IMG/VR virus record: IMGVR_UViG_3300031578_000030
Span: 1-59,636 of that record
Length of the DNA stretch: 59,636 nt
Origin: a virus
Taxonomy: Duplodnaviria > Caudoviricetes
Strand: one strand, 5' to 3'
Under the pieces are notes generated by a model, which saw nothing but the letters and a program-made list of their open reading frames with translations, did not search any database and was not told the origin of the DNA. The position numbers were made by a program, and so were the translations under genes. Of this stretch, positions 1 through 8,658 are shown in pieces (the stretch's first letter is position 1; every line of letters starts with the position of its first letter).

Positions 1-30
1 CTACCAGTGTGGGGACGCCAGAAAGAACCT
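1..30 (-). other. cosQ-like / left part of putative cos packaging site (genome right end in - strand orientation)
   Basis: The - strand ends AGGTTCTTTCTGGCGTCCCCACACTGGTAG. Lambda's last 30 nt begin GGGTCCTTTCCGG (cosQ) at the same distance from the end; 10 of 13 positions are identical. Confidence 0.5.
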
Positions 31-78
31 AGCCATTCTAGGGGGATGCCCCCTATAGTATAGGGCCGTCAGTTTCGG

Positions 79-306
79 TCAAAGGCCGCGGTGGCTGTTG
101 GACGGTTGGGCAAACAGCGGCATCTCTGCCCGCCGCTCCCTTGGGTCAAACATAAAACCTTCTGACAACCAATCAGCCTCCAACTTCAGCCGAATCGCTC
201 GGTCTTGTGCGTCGTTAAGGTAAACATCGCCAGGTTGCGGTTTCGAGGCAGCAGCACACAACGCCACCCAACAACCCTCCTTATCCTGCCTTAATCTCAT
301 AGCCAT
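79..306 (-). CDS. hypothetical protein
   Basis: 75 aa ORF, co-oriented with neighbouring phage genes. Confidence 0.55.
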   Translation of the reverse strand: MAMRLRQDKEGCWVALCAAASKPQPGDVYLNDAQDRAIRLKLEADWLSEGFMFDPRERRAEMPLFAQPSNSHRGL

Positions 307-468
307 AGTTCGGACACCTCGCGGCAGTCGCCGTGGTAGAGGCGTATCGTTCCGTCAGGGCTTTGCCAGGTCGCTTCCATCACCACCTACCAAAAAAGGC
401 ACAGCCGCCTCAGGTGTCCAGCCCTGGACGGCAACCGATAGCCGACAGTCGGGGGCTCCCCCGCCATG

Positions 469-768
469 TCAGATCCCAACCGCCTCTGGATCAACCAGGG
501 ACATCCTGTCGAGCGGCAAGCCGACCGGCCGCAACACCCCGCCCATAATCCATACCCGCCGGCACTCCAACGGCTTCAGGCGGAGGCCGAACAGGAGCAG
601 CACGGACTCCTCGCACAGGTGCCGGTAGCCTAGCCCGTCGCCCGGCACTACGTACAAATCACGTTTACCAGTGCATCCGACGAACTCGCGGATCGGGCAA
701 ATCTCCGTTATCATGTGGCGGCCGTCACGTTGACGGCCCACCCACACAGGGATTTTCCGTTCTCTCAT
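469..768 (-). CDS. hypothetical protein
   Basis: 99 aa ORF with AAGGA RBS, overlapping the upstream gene. Confidence 0.6.
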   Translation of the reverse strand: MRERKIPVWVGRQRDGRHMITEICPIREFVGCTGKRDLYVVPGDGLGYRHLCEESVLLLFGLRLKPLECRRVWIMGGVLRPVGLPLDRMSLVDPEAVGI

Positions 769-1171
769 CCTTCAGTTCTCCATATTGGTTCCGGCTCAGC
801 CACGCACGGCGAAGCTGGCCGTAACGCCAAAGGGGTAGTTGCTTCAGGCCAAGCAGCCGCTTGACCTCCACGATGTCGGGGAAGTGCTTGCAAGTCCGCC
901 TCATCAACTGAACCTGCCGGAGCGTCCCGGCCGGCAGGCGGATACCCCGGTTTAGCTGCCGTTCGATCTCGTGGCCCACCCGTTGCTTGATAAGCCGGGT
1001 GGCCCACGACGCGAACGGCACGCCGTTCTGGACGTACCGCTCGGCGGCTTCCACCAGACCGACCATGGCTGCCCCGATCAGGTCGTCAACGTCCACGTCG
1101 CGGCCGTAGGGGCCGGCGAGACGGTTGGCCCAATAATGGGCCAGCCCTACATGATCGGAAGCTAGACACAC
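725..1171 (-). CDS. sigma-70 region 2-like protein (FliA/WhiG-like, short)
   Basis: DDLIGAAMVGLVEAAERY...FASWATRLIK resembles sigma-70 region 2; no clear region 4 HTH. Confidence 0.65.
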   Translation of the reverse strand: MCLASDHVGLAHYWANRLAGPYGRDVDVDDLIGAAMVGLVEAAERYVQNGVPFASWATRLIKQRVGHEIERQLNRGIRLPAGTLRQVQLMRRTCKHFPDIVEVKRLLGLKQLPLWRYGQLRRAWLSRNQYGELKDERTENPCVGGPST

Positions 1172-1235
1172 GGCACGGCCTCCTTCCCTGCACCCTGGTC
1201 GACTTCCACGTCAACCCCCTAGATCTCCAGCCAAA

Positions 1236-1832
1236 TTATACCCCTGGGGTGTTACTCCGTGCAAGTCGGGTCCGCTGGTCGCGGCTCTTCGCCCCACCGT
1301 GACGCACTTCCCCGTCCCATTCCTTTACTGATAGCGGGCGGCCGAACAGTTGCTTGTTGTTCCGGGCGTCGATCATGGTCGCGGCCTGGGCCGCCACCAC
1401 GACACCCCGGTACTGCCGCCACTGTTCGTCGAGGGCCGCTGTAATCTCCTCCGGCGAGTTCCCATGACAGAGTTGCTGCTGTACGACGGTTGGCAGGTTC
1501 AGCAACCACGCGGGGAGTGCCGCACAGTAGTGGCACGTCGGGGCGTAGGCGGCGTCCAGGGCAGCAGCGGCCTCGTCGACCGAGTGGACGACGGCCGCGT
1601 AGGCTCCGACGTGCTGCCATGCGGTCAGCTCATGGGCCTGGAGTCGCGTCGGCTCCTCGCCGGGCATCTTGGCCTCCAGCACGAGAAGCCGCCCTGCCCG
1701 GCAGACGAACAGGTCCGGTGTGCCGGCACGCTGGAAGCGGCTGCCGTGGATCTTGAGCCACTTCACGCGCTGCTTGCGCAGCACCTTCTGCACGATGTTG
1801 TTGATCAGCGTGGTCTCTGGTTTCTGGGCCAT
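1236..1832 (-). CDS. VRR-NUC domain nuclease with C-terminal extension
   Basis: E...GTPDLFVC...LEAKMPGEEPTRLQ...VVHSVDEA is the typical VRR-NUC motif set. Confidence 0.8.
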   Translation of the reverse strand: MAQKPETTLINNIVQKVLRKQRVKWLKIHGSRFQRAGTPDLFVCRAGRLLVLEAKMPGEEPTRLQAHELTAWQHVGAYAAVVHSVDEAAAALDAAYAPTCHYCAALPAWLLNLPTVVQQQLCHGNSPEEITAALDEQWRQYRGVVVAAQAATMIDARNNKQLFGRPLSVKEWDGEVRHGGAKSRDQRTRLARSNTPGV

Positions 1833-1864
1833 CCGTGCTTCTCCGTGCCCCCGCTAGGCCTGTC

Positions 1865-2461
1865 CTAAATGCTCTCGGCAATCGCGATGAAATCTATTGC
1901 ATCCATGGCGAGGGCAGTGCGGGCGGCGTAGACGGCGCAGTGGGCAGCGGCGGCGGCGTCCGTGTTGGCCGCGGCGCAGGCGGCGCTGGCGGTGGCGTAG
2001 GCGGCGGCACGGGCGTCGGCGTAAACGGCGGCGGCGACAGCGGCGCGGGCGCTTTCGCGACTCCGATCTACACCACTAAGCCATTTCTCCGCCCAGTCAC
2101 ACCATTGCTTGGACGGCCACAAAGACGCGACAGCCAGCCCGCACTGAATCGCAAACGCAATGTACTGCTCTCGTGTAAATGTTGGCACGGCAATCTCTCG
2201 CACCAGCCGCACACGGCTAAAACCAGCCTTGAACGTGCCATCCCGCAGTTCCTTGCCCTCCACCTCGCACTCGAACAGCCGTGTCGGCTCGTACGATACG
2301 AGCCCGCGACAGACCAAGGCGGCCAATCGCGCCGAGCCGAAAACATGAATCCAGCCGGCTGCGCACAGGCCGCCCTTACCATCCGTTACGACCCACTTGC
2401 CAAGCTCCCACTGGAAGCCCCCGTAGGTCCGCATCTCGCTATCGGTCATCTTGTACCACAT
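1865..2461 (-). CDS. hypothetical phage protein with Ala-rich C-terminus
   Basis: Start MWYKMTD after GGAGGAGA RBS; LCAAGWIH motif and Ala/Tyr repeats common in phage accessory proteins. Confidence 0.7.
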   Translation of the reverse strand: MWYKMTDSEMRTYGGFQWELGKWVVTDGKGGLCAAGWIHVFGSARLAALVCRGLVSYEPTRLFECEVEGKELRDGTFKAGFSRVRLVREIAVPTFTREQYIAFAIQCGLAVASLWPSKQWCDWAEKWLSGVDRSRESARAAVAAAVYADARAAAYATASAACAAANTDAAAAAHCAVYAARTALAMDAIDFIAIAESI

Positions 2462-2487
2462 GGTTTCTCCTCCTCGCCCTACCGGGC

Positions 2488-2922
2488 TCAGATCGCTTGC
2501 AACGCCTGCTTGTACTTCCAATCCTTCGCCAAGCTGAGCTTCACGAGATACCACAACTCGGCCTGATAGTCCCACCACCCAAGCGGCACTTGCCGGGCCC
2601 GTCGAATCACTCGCACCTGTCGACTATGGACTTCAATCAGGCCCCAGCACGCCGGTAGCTTGCAGTTCCGCAACAGCCCAGGTGGTGTCATGTACCATCG
2701 GAAGAGCCCCAGCCCTCGTCGCCACCGCCACGGCTTTCGCAAGTCTTCATGGAAATCGCTCTGCGACACCTTGCACTCGACCAGGTGCGAGCCCTCCCGA
2801 TGCCGCCAGCCGATCGCATCGGGCTGCTCTCCGTACGCACCAGAGTACGTGGTCACCAGCTTGCAGTGACACGAGCGTCGAAGCCATCGTACTGCCCGTT
2901 CAATGAGTTCGTCGTGAGTCAT
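2488..2922 (-). CDS. PD-(D/E)xK nuclease-like protein (MmcB-like)
   Basis: MTHDEL..AVRWL, EQPDAIGW, LVECKVSQSDF..D..KPWR, LPACWGLI; ATGA overlap with upstream gene. Confidence 0.7.
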   Translation of the reverse strand: MTHDELIERAVRWLRRSCHCKLVTTYSGAYGEQPDAIGWRHREGSHLVECKVSQSDFHEDLRKPWRWRRGLGLFRWYMTPPGLLRNCKLPACWGLIEVHSRQVRVIRRARQVPLGWWDYQAELWYLVKLSLAKDWKYKQALQAI

Positions 2923-3158
2923 CCTGTCATCGGGGGCAACCGCAGCCCCGTCTTCTGGGAAAAACCCTGCGCATGTTTCGCGCATAGCCACCACCCGGCC
3001 CAGAAGCCGCCCTGTATCTTGCCGCCCGCGATATAGTGGGCAAGTTCATTATCGTCGGACTTGTGCCCCTTGTGCTCGCACATCGGCTCGTCCGTCCAGT
3101 CAAGGTCGTTCGCCTCCAGCGGGCGCAGGAACGGTTCGCGCAGGTCTTTCAGTCGCAT
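2919..3158 (-). CDS. hypothetical protein
   Basis: 79 aa, GAGG RBS, coupled to neighbours. Confidence 0.6.
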   Translation of the reverse strand: MRLKDLREPFLRPLEANDLDWTDEPMCEHKGHKSDDNELAHYIAGGKIQGGFWAGWWLCAKHAQGFSQKTGLRLPPMTG

Positions 3159-3168
3159 CAGAACAACC

Positions 3169-4038
3169 TCATCTGGCCCGGAGCGGTTCGTAGTTCATCC
3201 ACAGCGACTCGACCATCTGCGGCTTCGTCTTCTTGCTGGACGCCTTGTTGTCGATCTTGAAGTCGACGCGGTGCCAACCGAAAGCTTTAGCCATTCGGGT
3301 ATACATGGGATTGTCGTAGCCACTCAACTGGAAGGTGCCCTGGATTCCGTTGAGCATTAACAGCAAATCCTCGTGCTGCGTAGGCGTCATCTCATGCCGA
3401 TAAGCGTTCTTCGCCGTCCGCGTCTCCTGTAAGTACGGCGGGTCACAGTAGAAGTGCGTGCGAGAACCGTCCTGCTGGTGAATTACATCCAAGGCTTCCT
3501 TGTTTAGAATGACAACTTGCTTCAACCGCTCATGGGCTTCAGGCAATCCCTCGACAGCCGACAGCCAAGACGCTACCTGCTCATTCATCCCGCGGCGCGT
3601 ACGGTTGCGTGAGAGGGTGGCGAAGTCCGTGCCGAGCCCCTGGCGGGATTGGCGGTAGCGGACGAAGAATCTTGCCGCCCGCTCTGCGGGTCTTTCGCCG
3701 AGTGATGCTTGAGCCAGATCCCACTCACTCTGCGAAAACGGTGTGAGAGCGACCTGCTGCTGGAAAAAATGAAAGAGACACTTGTCCTGCAACACTCGCC
3801 AGAACTCTGTAAGCTCGCGGTCGATATCGTTCACCACCTCCGAGCATCCCCGCATCGCCGCCGAGCCATCGTAGTCAGGCGCATCCTCACACCAGTTGCG
3901 GTTCGGATCATGGGCAAACAGCACGGCACCGCCGCCGAAGTACGGCTCGACGTAGTGCAAATGCGGAGGCATCAGCTCGACGATGCGCTTCGCTAAGTAG
4001 CGCTTGCCGCCGTGCCATTTCAGGGGTTGGCTTTTCAT
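3169..4038 (-). CDS. dam: DNA adenine methyltransferase (Dam/D12 class)
   Basis: LKWHGGK, YVEPYFGGGAV, VVNDID and FYCDPPY motifs. Confidence 0.9.
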   Translation of the reverse strand: MKSQPLKWHGGKRYLAKRIVELMPPHLHYVEPYFGGGAVLFAHDPNRNWCEDAPDYDGSAAMRGCSEVVNDIDRELTEFWRVLQDKCLFHFFQQQVALTPFSQSEWDLAQASLGERPAERAARFFVRYRQSRQGLGTDFATLSRNRTRRGMNEQVASWLSAVEGLPEAHERLKQVVILNKEALDVIHQQDGSRTHFYCDPPYLQETRTAKNAYRHEMTPTQHEDLLLMLNGIQGTFQLSGYDNPMYTRMAKAFGWHRVDFKIDNKASSKKTKPQMVESLWMNYEPLRAR

Positions 4039-4090
4039 CAATTCTCCTCGCACTCGCAGGGCTGCTTCCGGCAGCGGTGGCAGGGGGCGC

Positions 4091-4543
4091 TTATTCCGGC
4101 TCCAAAAACGTTACAGGCTTGCCCAGTGACCGAGCGTAGTTCAGTTCCTTCCGCGTGCTCTCACCGATGTAGCCGCCGACGTTGAGAATGTGCGTCCGGT
4201 CAGCCAGCTCTATCTTGCGGAAGTGTAGCTCATCGAGTCGATCCGCGACCTCTTGTCCCAAGGCTTCTCCCCCATGATCTTCAGCGTGCTTGCAGACGCC
4301 GACAGACAGGACGATCTTGCCTTGCAGCGTCAGTTGCCAGCCTGCGGCGTGGAACGCGTCCATGAAGCGGGTCGAACCACACAGGCAGACGATCTCGGGA
4401 AAGTCGGCCGGTCGCTCGAACTTCCGCAGCCGCTCGGCCTCCGCGGCCAGAACACAGCGATCTTCCTGTGCCAGGGTCGCCACACCAGCGGTACGACGGA
4501 CCTGACCCCGTTCTAAAGCCCCTTCCACCGTCGACTTAGCCAT
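4091..4543 (-). CDS. nucleoside 2-deoxyribosyltransferase/DUF4406-like Rossmannoid protein
   Basis: IVCLCGSTRF...LDELHFRKIELAD...NVGGYIGESTRKELNYA. Confidence 0.65.
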   Translation of the reverse strand: MAKSTVEGALERGQVRRTAGVATLAQEDRCVLAAEAERLRKFERPADFPEIVCLCGSTRFMDAFHAAGWQLTLQGKIVLSVGVCKHAEDHGGEALGQEVADRLDELHFRKIELADRTHILNVGGYIGESTRKELNYARSLGKPVTFLEPE

Positions 4544-4931
4544 CGCTTTCCTCCTCGCCCGCGAGGGCGTCGTGGGCTTCTGCTGTCGAGTGAGCCGCCG
4601 TGACCCAATCAGGCGGCGGAATACCATCAGCCACCAACTCTGGGTTCTCCCGTCGATACACTCCATCAAGCATCGCACAGATCAGCCTCAAGTCTTCCCG
4701 CAGCCGCTCGACCTCAGCGGCATCAACCATCAGTCGCTCGCAGTACACCGTCGCATCCATCTCAGCCCGCTGCCGATGCTTGGCTATCACCGTTGCGACA
4801 TTGGGATCTGTGTCGACTTCGTCGGGCGATTTGGCAAACGTCAGAGCAAAACACTTCGGACAAACGACTGGTAGATCGCTGTGATCGTCATTCAATCGCC
4901 GAAAATACTGGTCACACATTGAACAAATCAT
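4536..4931 (-). CDS. hypothetical protein (CxxC...CxxC)
   Basis: Coupled small ORF; ends LAGEEESDG. Confidence 0.6.
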   Translation of the reverse strand: MICSMCDQYFRRLNDDHSDLPVVCPKCFALTFAKSPDEVDTDPNVATVIAKHRQRAEMDATVYCERLMVDAAEVERLREDLRLICAMLDGVYRRENPELVADGIPPPDWVTAAHSTAEAHDALAGEEESDG

Positions 4932-5179
4932 CACTTGTTCTCCTCGCCCGCGAGGGCAGCCCGGTATCGGCAATCCTCTGCATGCCGCGCAGTGTCCGTC
5001 TCGTGCCGCAGGCCGCACGAACAGAGCTGGGATGCCAGGATGCGCCACAGCCGCTCGACCTCGCCGCATAAATCGTAAATAAGTCTGTGCGGCTTATCGA
5101 TCCACTGGGCAGCCAGTGGGCCGCTGTTACTTGGGGCATTCCGATAATCCGTTGTTGTTGTTCCCTTTGACAACATCAC
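4931..5179 (-). CDS. hypothetical protein
   Basis: 82 aa coupled ORF; ends LAGEENK. Confidence 0.6.
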   Translation of the reverse strand: MMLSKGTTTTDYRNAPSNSGPLAAQWIDKPHRLIYDLCGEVERLWRILASQLCSCGLRHETDTARHAEDCRYRAALAGEENK

Positions 5180-5415
5180 TTCTCCTCCTCGCCCGCGTGC
5201 TTATACCCCACCAGTAGGCACCGGTCACAGCATTGCGGTTTCAATCCGCCGTACTCATTGTCGCAATCACACGGCTGGTCTCGTACGTAGACCAGCAGCC
5301 GATCTCGCTGGCATGCCAATCGACGAGCAATGAGTTGAAGACTGGGTACGACGACAGTCGCAGATACCAGCTCAGCAACCTCCGCTTCTGTCGGCGGTAT
5401 TTGTAGTTCATTCAT
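5176..5415 (-). CDS. hypothetical protein
   Basis: 79 aa coupled ORF; ends AGEEEK. Confidence 0.6.
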   Translation of the reverse strand: MNELQIPPTEAEVAELVSATVVVPSLQLIARRLACQRDRLLVYVRDQPCDCDNEYGGLKPQCCDRCLLVGYKHAGEEEK

Positions 5416-5698
5416 CGCTCTTCTCCTCCTCGCCCGCGATTGCGGCGGCTTCGAGTTCTTGATTCAGCCTATCACACTCTGTGCAGTGCTCACGCGCCCA
5501 GTCGCCAGTAGTAATCTCGCAAATAGCACAGTCTGCCTGATGTTCCAGCAACGCGACTTTAGCCAGTAGCTGGTCGACCTTGGCAGCCAGCACGCGGCCG
5601 GCAGTGCGAAGACGTTCAACCGTACGCCAAGCGGCTTCGCGCCAGCCAGTCGTGGCGACGACCTCTCGGGCCCTGTCAATCGTCATTTCCTCAGTCAT
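5408..5698 (-). CDS. hypothetical protein
   Basis: 96 aa, AAGGAG RBS; ends AGEEEKSDE. Confidence 0.65.
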   Translation of the reverse strand: MTEEMTIDRAREVVATTGWREAAWRTVERLRTAGRVLAAKVDQLLAKVALLEHQADCAICEITTGDWAREHCTECDRLNQELEAAAIAGEEEKSDE

Positions 5699-5722
5699 CG
5701 GTTTCTCCTTCGGGGTTCTCGG

Positions 5723-6853
5723 TTACGAGTCACCTCCCGGTAGTGCGTTGTGCTCCTCCCCGTCGAGCAGGCGGCCGGCGAGCTTGCGGCCGACGCGGGT
5801 CATCACCACGACGGGATATCGAGCCTCCCCAAAATCTTTTCCCACGCGACATACTTTGCTGTTTAGGTCCAGGCAGACATCACCTTTCGCAACGTGCGTC
5901 GACGCCTTGTTTACCCAGTGCTGAAACGTATCAAAGCGATATGTCTCGGCATACTCGCCAAGATGTTTCAGAAAGAACGGCACGCCCGCCGCCGCACACT
6001 GGTCGCGCAGACTACGGAAGTGGTCGGGATGCGACGGCCGAGCGCCCGGGCCCGTCTCACCGCCGGCGATGACGAGGTCGATATCGCTACGTTTATCAGC
6101 ATTGACACGATAGTGCAGAAGCCCTAGCCCCACTTCCCCCAGCAACGGCTCGCACGATACGAACCGCACGGCCGCAGGGATGTCCAGCAAGATCGGGATT
6201 CGCTCGTCTGCCCGCTCCTGGTCTTCGGCAGTCACGCCAAGCCAGACGTTTGACAGCGGCCATCGACGCCAATGGTAATTACCACGTTTGTTCGCTCGTC
6301 GAGGCCTATCTTCGATGCGAGCATGCGGGTCGATCCCATCCGCCGAATCGTAAATAAACCGCAATTCGGGAGTTGGGGGCGTGGGCACTTGGTGCGGCCT
6401 GGCGAGATCGACGTTATGCCGCTGGTAGAAGTCAATCAGTCCAGATGTGTAGAGATTCTGGTGAACGGGCCCTCGCTCAGCAACCCGACGAAACCAGGCT
6501 GCCATTCGGTCAACGCGCTTAGTGAGCACTTGAAAAACATGCTGCGAAGCGGATGCCATCACCGCGAAAACCTTGTCGATAAACTCGAAAGGCACGTCCT
6601 TATGGAACAGATCGCCCATACTGCACGGGAAGACCATTCGTGGCTTCCGCCAGTGCAACGGCTCCTCCAGCCGCTCCGGCCAGCACGAAACCTTGAAGCC
6701 CTTGTATCGCTTCCGATGCTTGACGCTCGGCATCGCCGCCAGCCGCTGGGCCATTCGGCGAGCGTAGCAGTTCGCACAGCCTGGCGAGACCGGCGTACAA
6801 CCCGTGACCGGGTTCCAGGTCGATTCGGTCCATTCAATTGATGATCTACCCAT
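5723..6853 (-). CDS. DUF5131 / phage Gp37Gp68 family protein (radical-SAM-like)
   Basis: SSIEWTESTWNPVTGCTPVSPGCANCYA, SMGDLFH, QVLTKR, RFVSCEPLL, GGETGPGARP. Confidence 0.9.
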   Translation of the reverse strand: MGRSSIEWTESTWNPVTGCTPVSPGCANCYARRMAQRLAAMPSVKHRKRYKGFKVSCWPERLEEPLHWRKPRMVFPCSMGDLFHKDVPFEFIDKVFAVMASASQHVFQVLTKRVDRMAAWFRRVAERGPVHQNLYTSGLIDFYQRHNVDLARPHQVPTPPTPELRFIYDSADGIDPHARIEDRPRRANKRGNYHWRRWPLSNVWLGVTAEDQERADERIPILLDIPAAVRFVSCEPLLGEVGLGLLHYRVNADKRSDIDLVIAGGETGPGARPSHPDHFRSLRDQCAAAGVPFFLKHLGEYAETYRFDTFQHWVNKASTHVAKGDVCLDLNSKVCRVGKDFGEARYPVVVMTRVGRKLAGRLLDGEEHNALPGGDS

Positions 6854-7079
6854 CGCTCGCTCCCGCCAATTCGGCAATAGCTTTCAATCGTTCTGGTTGA
6901 ATCCGCGCATCACTGCACGCTCTGGTCCACTTGCCGACGTACCGTTTCAGTCGCCGACATCGTCCACGAGTCGTGCACGAACAGCAGTCACAACACAGCC
7001 AGCCCGCGATTATCATGCCCGGTACGGGCTCGCGGAGTGGCTTTCGCTGTCCGTCACTGGAGAGATACCAATTACTCAT
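6846..7079 (-). CDS. hypothetical protein
   Basis: 77 aa coupled ORF. Confidence 0.5.
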   Translation of the reverse strand: MSNWYLSSDGQRKPLREPVPGMIIAGWLCCDCCSCTTRGRCRRLKRYVGKWTRACSDARIQPERLKAIAELAGASDG

Positions 7080-7335
7080 CCGTCCCTCCTGCCGCGACTG
7101 CGGCTTTCCAGTTTCTAGCCAAACGACAGTCGTCCAGGTCCAGCATCGAATAGCCCTGTAAGTGGCAGCAGCTCAGGACACGCACGGGCGACTGCCTGTA
7201 CGGAGGTGGTTCCCAGGTGCCGACTTGCACTCGTTGCACAATTTTGGCATTCTCGAAACTCCAGCAACCTCTGGGCCGATTCTGATTATAGAAATCATCT
7301 CGGCACCCTCTGCACATACTTCTCGTTTTTGCCAT
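7072..7335 (-). CDS. hypothetical protein
   Basis: 87 aa, CRGCRDDFYN motif, RBS present. Confidence 0.65.
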   Translation of the reverse strand: MAKTRSMCRGCRDDFYNQNRPRGCWSFENAKIVQRVQVGTWEPPPYRQSPVRVLSCCHLQGYSMLDLDDCRLARNWKAAVAAGGTDE

Positions 7336-7336
7336 C

Positions 7337-7666
7337 TCACTCCTCTCCTGCCGCTGTTGCGGCTGCCTTTGCTTCGTATTCCTGCGAGTAGATACAGTTA
7401 TCGCAAAAATGGCAGGGCGCCTCGCCGTAGTCGAGACACGTACCTTCGCTTTCCGTGTCGAACAGCGTCCCGCACACTTCGCACCGCTCGATATGATCGG
7501 GCACCTGCCAGTGAAGTTCGCCGAGATACCAAATCACGGTCCACGCTTGCTCGGCCGTCAACATCGGCATACTTGCCGGCTCAATGCAGTATCCGTCGGG
7601 GAGGGTGCCTTGCAGAAACGCAAACAACTCCTCCGTGCGTTCCAGGTCGTTTTTGGGATCACTCAT
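7337..7666 (-). CDS. hypothetical protein (Zn-binding C-terminus)
   Basis: Start MSDPKND after GGAGG; CEVC...CDNC. Confidence 0.65.
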   Translation of the reverse strand: MSDPKNDLERTEELFAFLQGTLPDGYCIEPASMPMLTAEQAWTVIWYLGELHWQVPDHIERCEVCGTLFDTESEGTCLDYGEAPCHFCDNCIYSQEYEAKAAATAAGEE

Positions 7667-7694
7667 GTCTTCCCTCCTGCCGCTGCTGCGGCTC

Positions 7695-7898
7695 TTAGAC
7701 ATTTCCGGGCCCAGCATCGGTTGAATCGTCGTAAGGATCTGGTGCCAGTGGCAGTATCCGCGGGTGCTTTGCAACACCACGGCAGTCCTGCTCTAGAGCG
7801 CGCACTTCTCTACGGTACTCTGCTGGGCGAATACGCCCTTCGTTCAATTGACGATCTAGCTCGTCCATCGCGCGGTCAAATTCATCCTGGATTCCCAT
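7695..7898 (-). CDS. hypothetical protein
   Basis: Start MGIQDEF after GGAGG. Confidence 0.5.
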   Translation of the reverse strand: MGIQDEFDRAMDELDRQLNEGRIRPAEYRREVRALEQDCRGVAKHPRILPLAPDPYDDSTDAGPGNV

Positions 7899-7978
7899 CG
7901 CTCGCTCCCTCCACCGTCGCGGCTTCTGTTGCTTGCTTGTCGAGCCAATTGCCCGCCGGCAGTGGCACCAGCTCTTCT

Positions 7979-8392
7979 TCATGGTACAGCCGCAGACTGG
8001 CTGACGTGACGTGCGCAGATAAACACCGGTTCGCCGTTTGGCGCAGTTGCCCCGAAATCTGCAACATCACCACAGTAGACCGGACCCGACTGCACATCGT
8101 AGCCGATCAGGCGACCACAGCGCTCCACTTCATTATCGCCGATCATACGCCAATGGGTACATTCGTCGGTAGCCACTGGGGTGCCACCGGGGGCGTAATC
8201 ACCCTGTAACGATTTGGCAAACGCTTTGTTTATGGTTGACCTCTCGCCGCTACTGCGGCTTGCTATTCCAGTTTCCACCTGTACCGCGGCCGATCCTTGT
8301 CCAGGATGATCAGCCGCCCGTTCGGCCGCCTCTGCGGCCTCGCGGGTCTTGCCGGTGCCGGCCCCGCCGATCAGCTTAACTACCTGAACCAT
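7979..8392 (-). pseudogene. possible truncated P-loop helicase N-terminus fused to unrelated sequence
   Basis: Begins VVKLIGGAGTGKT (Walker A) but has no further helicase motifs. Confidence 0.4.
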
Positions 8393-8579
8393 TGTGCCAC
8401 CTTTCTGCCATAATCTCGAACGGCCCCCGCCCACCGGATTCAACGCAGAGTGGGCTTACCGCAACCTCCTCCATTTCCTCATAGCCCAACGGGCCAAAGG
8501 TAAAGGCATAGTCCCTGGGATGCTTGCAAACTGGCACGAAATACCGGGCCGGGCCAATGGTCATTTGGGTTGTTCGCAT
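8376..8579 (-). CDS. hypothetical protein
   Basis: 67 aa with GAGGAG RBS just downstream of the repeat array. Confidence 0.45.
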   Translation of the reverse strand: MRTTQMTIGPARYFVPVCKHPRDYAFTFGPLGYEEMEEVAVSPLCVESGGRGPFEIMAERWHNGSGS

Positions 8580-8658
8580 TCGTCGCTCCTCGAAACGTCC
8601 CGCTCCGCCGCCCAGCTTCGCCCAGGTTGCGATGGACGAGGCTGGGGGGGGTTGAGGT

